From Spongospora subterranea f. sp. subterranea (Eukaryota): 64,000 bases of DNA. The DNA lies in the NCBI GenBank assembly GCA_049724395.1, contig JAUGWO010000023.1:310001-374000 (forward strand), in the 5' to 3' direction. This document shows positions 52,969-64,000 of the stretch, piece by piece; position 1 is the stretch's first letter; the number at the start of each line of letters is the position of its first letter. Made by a program: the position numbers and the translations under genes. A model generated the notes under the pieces. The model saw only the letters and a list, made by a program, of their open reading frames with translations, did not search any database and was not told the origin of the DNA.

Positions 52969-53708
52969 TATCGCCCTAAACCAACCTCATCTCAAATTTG
53001 TGTCTCTACAGCTTCATTTTGTTGTTAAGTTGCAATGCATGTTGCACGGTTCTTTATCAGAAACTCTCACAATTCTACTATCTCATTCCGAGTTGGGAAA
53101 AAATTCAAGTCAAGTTAAGCGTTGTAAACCGTCTTTTTTTACCTGCCATGTCGATCATGTCTCAAAGTCCCTAACTTTTGAACTGTACGCTCATTTCAAT
53201 TGAGGTTGTTTCATCTCCGCGTATGAGGCGTTCATTCCATTACTGTCATCAAAATTTAGTATCATTGCATTGTGGAAGCATCGGTTGAAGTCAAAGTGTT
53301 GTCTGTTTGGCGCACCAACCTTTGTTTTTTTATAAAACAGTGACGAATATTTCTTGATTCTCAATAATTAACTGTTTTTTTTTAATCCTCGGTTTAACAC
53401 CCTGGGTTGCAGTAGCTATCACAGTACAAAAGAATTCTAAAACAGATACAGAAAATTTTCAAACCGAGCTCTTCCGTTCCCTACATTGATCAATGTTGCA
53501 TGGGATGCGCAGAATCGTGAGATTCCTTGGCTCCTCACGGTTCTCAGATTGACGATCGCAATGTCATTCCTGTATACGGTGTGCCTGCGGGCTCATGATT
53601 TCAACATCCATTGGCAATACAATCGGCAGTTCTAGGTAGATATTAGACGTATCACGTGGTAAGCCAGATAAAATATTTATGGATGAAAAAAGCACAACAT
53701 GGAAAAAC

Positions 53709-56700
53709 TTAAGCCCGACGTCTTTTGGAGTTTCTTTGAATTGGTGCTTCGTCTTCTTCTTCAACGATTTCGTCGTCATCTTCGATGATACGGACGTCAT
53801 TTCGGTCTAAGCCTTCTTCTTCTTCGTCCTCGTCGTCGTCTAGTCCCAATTCGTGGTCCGAATCTCGTGAATCCGTCTCCGAACCCGTTCCGTCGGCGAA
53901 AGATGCGATGCCGTCATTAGCGGAATCTTTGTTGGGTGACTAAAGACACATTGAAAACATAATTCCTGACTGACTTCATTTAAATACATACCGGGAATAT
54001 GGCTCGGAATTTTTCATTAAATACTTTGCGAATCTCTCGTAGATGACGCCTTTCTACGCAGTTCTCCTGAATTAAAGTCAGTTGATTAATCGAGTAAAGC
54101 GTGTAAGTAAACCTACTTGAAACCACGACTCGAAATTCTGCAGCATTAATCGAAAATCTCGCGACATTTGATTAGGACGAGAATATTTTTCTGAACCAGC
54201 CCGAGACTGCAAAAACAGTACAATGAGATGTGAAGAAATTTTGAAAAAAAATGCTACATACCATGATGGTATTGAAATCGAGCATGGCTGTATAAGGGGC
54301 GCAGAGGTCGCGAAATTCTGTTGCCTCAGGTACAGTTGATAAAGACGGCAATAAAAGCATCTCGCCATCCTCTTTGCTACGTGAAGATTTAACGTGTTTT
54401 AGAACTAATAACAGAGAATGCTGCAGTGATGAGGGAGCCTATGAATTTCAATAAATTATGACTTGACGTCAGACTTTCTAGGCCAACGATAAGAAACCAA
54501 CCTTCTTGGCATTTGAGGCACCCGGCCTTTTGCCATTTTTCGGTTTCGAAATAGTTTGTTCGTCATCGTCTTCATCAATGTCTGACATTTCTCTATACAC
54601 AGGGCCACCATCTTCTCCTCTGCGACTGCCCCGGGCGGCATCCTACATTGTTATCAGAAAATAAAAGATTCAACCAATTTAAGAACCGAGTTTACAAAAG
54701 AAGTGATGTCAAACTTGACGGGGGGTGCGGTCACTTGAACATCTCGCAGATATCTAGGGGAAGTTAGATGACAACAAAAATATCCCAGCGATTAATACTC
54801 AGGCATCTCCATTTTGTCTTGCATCAATCTGGGAGGCAAAGGAGTCGTTTTCCCCGCCGCCACCCACGCATCTCGACGCTCGCGTTCTAATTCAACGTCA
54901 ATCATTTGAAACAGTTCAAACTCATCCTGATTTCTCGCCAATAGACTGATCATAACAAGTTACCAGATGCTTAGAAAATCCGATAATATTGATGCTTACC
55001 TATTCAGCTTTTCATCACTGGGAAGGTCGACCTGTTCTCCCATTTCAACACCGTCCCGAAGAACGGTTGTAAGCATTTGCCTGCGCTCTTGAGCTGTTGC
55101 TTCATGGGAATCCTGAATGAACAAAATGAATCCGGTAAAGAACAAAAAGATACGACAATTTACTTTTTGGTTGAACTTCCCAGCCTGAATGATCATTTGA
55201 TCGAGTCCCAATTTGAACTGAGCCCGCTAGCAAAGTACAGTTAAAATCTTTAGAGATGGGCGACAGAAACATAAACTCATACCATAAGAATTTGTTCCTC
55301 CACTGGTGAGCACGTAACAAGGCGAAAAACTCGGACCTTGAGAATAAAGCATTTCAACCATTTGGAAGCTCGCGATCTCGATTCAGTTGCATACCTCACT
55401 TTGTTGACCGAGACGATGAGCACGATCTTGTGCCTAAATCAATACAATTCAATTCTGGTCGTGCGATCAACTGAGGTCATTACCTGTAAATCCATCTGGG
55501 GGTTCCAATCTGAATCAAATATGATTACAGTGTCCGCCGCCTGACAGTCCGCTGTAAGCACCAAATGCATAGCTTTAAGAGATATCGACATACCTGTAAG
55601 TTGAGGCCGAGACCACCCGCACGTGTTGAAAGAAGGAAAACGAAGTACGGAGAATTCGGGGCGTTGAACAGCTCAAGTAGTTGTGACCTCGATTCAGGTT
55701 TTGTTTGGCCATCTGAAATACAAACATCAATAAACCAAAGAAGGGTGAACAGATTTGGTGAAAAAAACACAGTTATAAATACCGAGGCGAAGATAGGGGT
55801 AGCGACGATACTCCATGTAATCCTCCATTATATCCAGGACTTTTGTCATTTGGGTAAAAATAAGGCACTGAAGAAATGTCAAACGCTTTTCCAAACGAAC
55901 CACTCGTCAACGCTACCTTATGGTTTGATCGACGAACCTTGGGAAGAATTCGCTCTAGAATTTCAAATTTTCCCGAAGACCTGGAGTACAGGATAAATTC
56001 AAGCTCAAGTACGATGCAAATACAACCAACGAAGCTTTACCTCACGATTTCTTCAGTAACGCGATGAGAATCCCAATCGTAGGCGATATCATCAAAAAAT
56101 AAATAACTATAAAGAAAATTTGAATAAATTGATTACACGATTTTACAAACAATTACGGATGATTGCAAATTTTTCGAAGTTGCATGAAAGTGTTGTTGAG
56201 GCCTTTTGCCGAAACTACAGAATTGCTGCTTGCCATCGGGATAAACTTCTGTTGAATCTGCACGCAAAAGTGAGAAATCTATAATTGTTGAAACCGAAAA
56301 TTGCGTACTTGTTTATAAACAGTCTTCTGCCAAACAGAAAGATCGCACTTTACAACACGTTCGACCTTATCTGGTAGTTCAGAAGCCACCTGCACACTAT
56401 CAGTTCAACAGCAACGACACCAAGCAAATATGCGTACATCGACTTTGAGTCGACGCAGCAAAAATGGGCGCAAAACTCGATGCAGCCGATTGATTACAAG
56501 CATCTTCTCTTCCTCTTGAAGCTCTGCAGAACTGTCCCCAACACCGGCTGCCTCAAAAGGTTTGTTAAACCAGGTTTCAAAATTATCAGCTGAGTTGAAA
56601 ATTTTTGGAACCAAAAAGTTCAATAATGACCACAACTCGGATAGGTTGTTTTGCAACGGTGTTCCGGTTAGTAGCAACCTGTCGTTGTTCCAATTGTAAG

Positions 56701-58579
56701 TTCTATAGCGAAACTTGCATTACAACAATTACCGATGCTTTGATCTATAACGAGTGTTCAGGGCGACTGTGAACTTAGATTTAGTATTTTTCATGCGGTG
56801 ACCTAAAACAAATTAGATTATTTCACGATTTCCAGTTGAGGACAGCAATGACCTTCGTCAACGATAATATAGTGCCACTCGATAGATTCTAGTTTGGTCC
56901 GATCGTGTTTGTTAAGCACATATTCATAGGTGGTTAACAGGACATTAAATTTTCGAGAAATAATGAATCTAAAGAAGGTTAACCACCAGGTTTCTGATGA
57001 AATCACAAATTAGGACCTTCGCCAGAGATCTTTCCGTTCGGGGGGCTTGCCCTGATACTCAACAACCATTACGGTCGGTGCCCAACGCTCAAATTCCTTG
57101 AGGCGAACAGCAATCAACCATCGACTAGAATATGTTAAAAAAAATACCTTCACCCAATTTGACATTGTAGATAGCGGAACAATTATCATGAAAGGTCCAT
57201 GATCACCCTTAGTTTCCATAATGTACGTCAACAAAGCGATCGTTTGAATGGTTTTTCCAAGACCCATTTCATCGGCTAAAATACTAGCGACAGCAATCAG
57301 CAAGAGCCAATCAAGTCGAATCATCCAACAAACCAACCCATTTAGGTTATTATTATACAATGATACAAGCCACTGCAATCCTTCTAACTGATATCCTTTC
57401 AAGGTACCAAATTTAAGCAACAGCGGCTGAGCAGTAATTTCTTCGACGACGCTGTGAAATGAGCCTGAGGCGTTGGCGCTGAGTTGTTTTAAGAAATCCT
57501 ATACAGTAATCAAATTGAAAAGTGGTAGTAATGCAGAACTGAAAAATGGACCTCAGTCTGCGCGAGCAAAGAAGATAGACGTTCGTTTTTGGTTTCGGCA
57601 AGTAGAGCAGCGTATGCGTCCATGTCATTTTCTTTCAATGCCTTCATACGAGCCTTCTGCTGTTTATCTTCAAGCGACCGCAACCTTCTAAGCAATGAAA
57701 TCTATCAGCATATGTGACGTCTCACGACAATGGGAAGAACCAGAAACCTTTCTTTGGCAATAATCCATCCCAACGCTTGACTTGACAGAGAGCGAACTAA
57801 CCGAGATTCTTCCTTGGCAAACGCACGGAACGCTTCGCCGTGGGCCAGTAACGTCCTCAAAAAACTTTGACGTATTGCACGTTTCCGAGTCTCATATTCC
57901 ATTCTAGCGGCTCTTTCTTTTTCGCGTTTCGCTTCTGCCGCAATTGCTTCTGCCCTTTCGTTTTCCTGAATCTGACGTCTTTCTGGTTGTAAGAAACCAA
58001 ACGCTGCGAGAAAAATTGCGCCCATTACCTTTTTTGTTCATATTGACGATGTGCCTCCAGTTTGGCCATTAACAAACGGGGATTACGTGGGGCCTGAACC
58101 GCCAGATTAGGTGGCCCATCTCCAATAAACTGAGTCCTTATCATAAGCGACGGCTCTATCAACCACGGCTCATCTGCAGAAATCATACTTAACTATCGCA
58201 AGCACTAGACGAAACCCGGAAAAGATTCTGGCCATGAATTACTGCAAATCGGAAAACAAAAGCAAAAATTTGTTAAAAAAGAAACTCGAAAAAACTGCGC
58301 CGATTGGTGCGAACCTAATGAATGGGGCGTACGTTTTTCGCACTGCTTGTGAGCTGCAAGTTCGGAAAGTTCGTTGTGGATTTTCATTTTCAGTCGGAGT
58401 AATGCATTGTCGACGTAGTTCTTAGCAACCTGGTTGATTGAGACAGGGTCAAGTCTTCGCAGGGCGGCAACTCGATCGGCCAGCAGGCACCGGTCAATGG
58501 GAACGATGTCATGTTGATGGGTGTGCAATGAGGAACGGACCACTCGAGTTTTGAGTCGATCCCGATCCAGAGCAGCCAT
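53709..58579 (-). CDS. SNF2/BRM-type SWI/SNF chromatin-remodelling ATPase (HSA, SNF2_N, HELICc, SnAC, bromodomain-like), multi-exon
   Basis: [119 protein letters not shown]; acidic tail. Confidence 0.95.
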
Positions 58580-58974
58580 TATAATGATACGGCGAGCAGT
58601 GTCGCCTGTGTAGAGGATGCCCCCCACAAACAAAATCGCTTGGCTCCCTGCACGCTTCCCAGCCTGATTCACCACACACCCAACGTCAGCCCAATTCGGA
58701 CACACACTATATACACCGATAGCTGCGGGGCCTATCCAGTGTTGTGTAGGCTGCGCAATGAGCTACAGTACCCGTGTGGGAAACGTCCGCACTTAAAGCT
58801 CTCCAGCGTCGCAGTCGAAAAATCCGTAACCAACCGAATGCAGAGACTTTTGAAAACGTGCAGTAATCCGAAGCAACTTTGAAACGGTCAAACAACCATC
58901 ACTAATCAGTTAAAAGCTTTTAGGACTAATCATTTATAAATCTTTTAGGATTTTAATGTCGTTTATGAGACTAC

Positions 58975-59995
58975 TTAGATTGGAAGTGACACATACTTTC
59001 CTTTGACACGACTAAGAAAGAATAAATAAGCGGAATGCGCAAAGGCGTCCATTACTGATTACCATGTGATGTAGTAGTAGAAGAAGTCGCAATAGATTGA
59101 TGTTTGAATGATCCCGGTCAGCCAGATGATCGGGCTCCAATAGCCTTCCTCAGTCATGACCCTGAAGATCCAGTTAACTAGATATAAAGCCCGGTATCCA
59201 CCCAGGCAAAACACGTAATGCGAGGTCAGATTTTCGACAAATCCACCGGAATTTTTCGCTAGGTGATGAACCATGAACAGTTGTGGAACGATCGCAACAG
59301 CTTCGAGCCATAACGAAAAAGTATACAAGACCTGAAGTGGCACTCAAAAACAGTCGAACGAAACTCAAAAATCACAAAGTTAACAGAATCCGACAAGTGC
59401 GAGCACGTCAAGTACCTCTATTGCAGTGAATTTTTCATTCCAGAGTACAGCTATGATGCCGCATGGGACAATCAGCATCTCAATGCGCACCTTATCAGTG
59501 TCGCGGTTGTAGGTCTTTGACCAAGGAGGTTTCGCATACATCAAAAAGACAATGAATAGCGACAATGTAATGTATATTATCTAAAATAGCTCACATCAGT
59601 CAATTGGTGGCATTCACTACAATTAAAAGAAGCTGATTTTCGCAATGAAAGAGAAGCAGAATAAGAAGTGGAGCACTACAAAAACGATCACAACTGAACA
59701 GTTAAAGAACATGAGATGACTAATTATAAGATTAGCGAGAAAACACGTACTAATATTGAAAGTTTACCTTCATAATCGATAAATAAACCATAGCCGCGCT
59801 TGGGATTTTCATTTCAACAAAGGTCCGGAAGAAAAAGTGAACCAAGTCTAGATATCGAGCGATAAACACAACCGCGTACAGCAACTGCGTTTTGAGCGAG
59901 ACGCCTTTAGACGAGCGCGATGAAAACATCTTTAGCAGAAGAATGAATATACTGGCGAGATGAAGTACATCTCCGCAAAACGAGATCAGATTCAT
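58975..59995 (-). CDS. ERD2: ER lumen protein-retaining (KDEL/HDEL) receptor
   Basis: MNLISFCGDVLHLASIFILLLK...GVSLKTQLLYAVVFIARYLDL; FSLWLEAVAIVPQLFM; ENLTSHYVFCLGGYRALYLVNW; QTSIYCDFFYYY; ends VSLPI. Confidence 0.96.
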
Positions 59996-60605
59996 AGTTT
60001 GAGAATCGAGCTCAGAGTATAATCTGACCAAACCTTCTCACTTGGGAGTCAATCGTATTTCCCGCATTACCTGACCTGACAGAACAAGAGCGCGCATAAA
60101 AATCTGCGCTGCCAAGGTGCACTGCGTTGAGAAAGAGGAAGACGGTAGCACAGTACGCGTCAAATAAATAACCCGCGTGTTACACAACATTTTCGACCCA
60201 CTTTAGACGCTATTTGCTCTGTTTGCTCTGTTTGATGCAATGCCCTTACTTTCAACTCTGTAAAATTTCTAGTTTGTGCATTATCTTAGTAACAATGTCG
60301 CTGTTACAACCTCTGCTAATCATTGCGAATGAATAATGAATAATATAGTTCCTGACTGCATTGCTTCTGCCAAATCGAAAAAAAAATGGGATTTCGTCCT
60401 GAAATGAAAACCACAACCTCGCCCATTGTCAAAGATAACGCTGCAGCTCGCATTGCTCAAGGTCTACTCCGGCGTTGGAAAGTGCGGCGATCTAATGCAT
60501 ATCATAATTCTGAGCAAATCAACCGACTCACACTGCCCTAGAAGCAATCCGTTTCATTTATAAATCATTGTTGAATTAAGACAACGAATACGATCATTGA
60601 TATTA

Positions 60606-63681
<3,076 letters not shown>

Positions 63682-64000
63682 GATTGGGATATCTGCCTCC
63701 AGAGCTGCTATTCGCAGAAATCTGAATCAGTGAACAATGCAGTTAATTTCAATCGGCGGTTCAATACGCGCTGCTGTACTGGCCCCGCACATTCCATACT
63801 GGCGGCACGTAATAAACGGGCCAGTCATCTTCCACGTGTGGTGATTTGCGCATAAAGGATTGCGGGTTATGATGAATTCAACTGGAAGACTGAGCATGGA
63901 AAGCAAATTAATAGTTCGTGTTCAAAAGGGGAATGTTAAAATCGCTGCGTAAGTCGCCGCATAAAAAGATTGTCGTTTTGAAATGAAACAAAGGCAAACT

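Noticed and set aside
53195..53295. DFNRCFHNAMILN on the minus strand as a second bromodomain exon
   Set aside because: Lies beyond a clean SNF2 stop at 53709 with no supportable splice path; probably chance.
63850..63880. C/D box snoRNA (ATGATGA...CTGA)
   Set aside because: Boxes are too close together, with no terminal stem or recognisable guide.

Overview
Intron-dense eukaryotic genomic DNA (mostly ~45-60 bp GT-AG introns, short intergenic gaps) from a flagellated organism (IFT172, IQUB). The gene style and 7TM-RGS genes suggest a zoosporic protist such as a plasmodiophorid, but that is inference only. Genes: IFT172 (5'-partial), an SLC35/TPT-family transporter, an SQ-rich hypothetical, ACBP ending in -SKL, gamma-COP, two 7TM-RGS genes, two hypotheticals, a NAK-family kinase, an elongin-B-like Ubl gene, cathepsin L, IQUB, a stand-alone I29 protease-inhibitor gene, UBA3, TIM17, a membrane protein, a SNF2/BRM-type remodeler, ERD2 and a divergent CDC48/p97. 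A repeat island at ~39.4-48.1 kb holds Gypsy-like, Copia and Harbinger remnants and an 85-bp satellite. It also holds the most unusual structure in the window: a duplicated cassette of tiny Zn2Cys6 (GAL4-type) genes, two copies of which sit head-to-head as a ~0.7-kb imperfect palindrome. Several conserved genes carry single-base +1 frameshifts in short homopolymers, most likely assembly errors. Exon boundaries were read by eye and no database searches were run.
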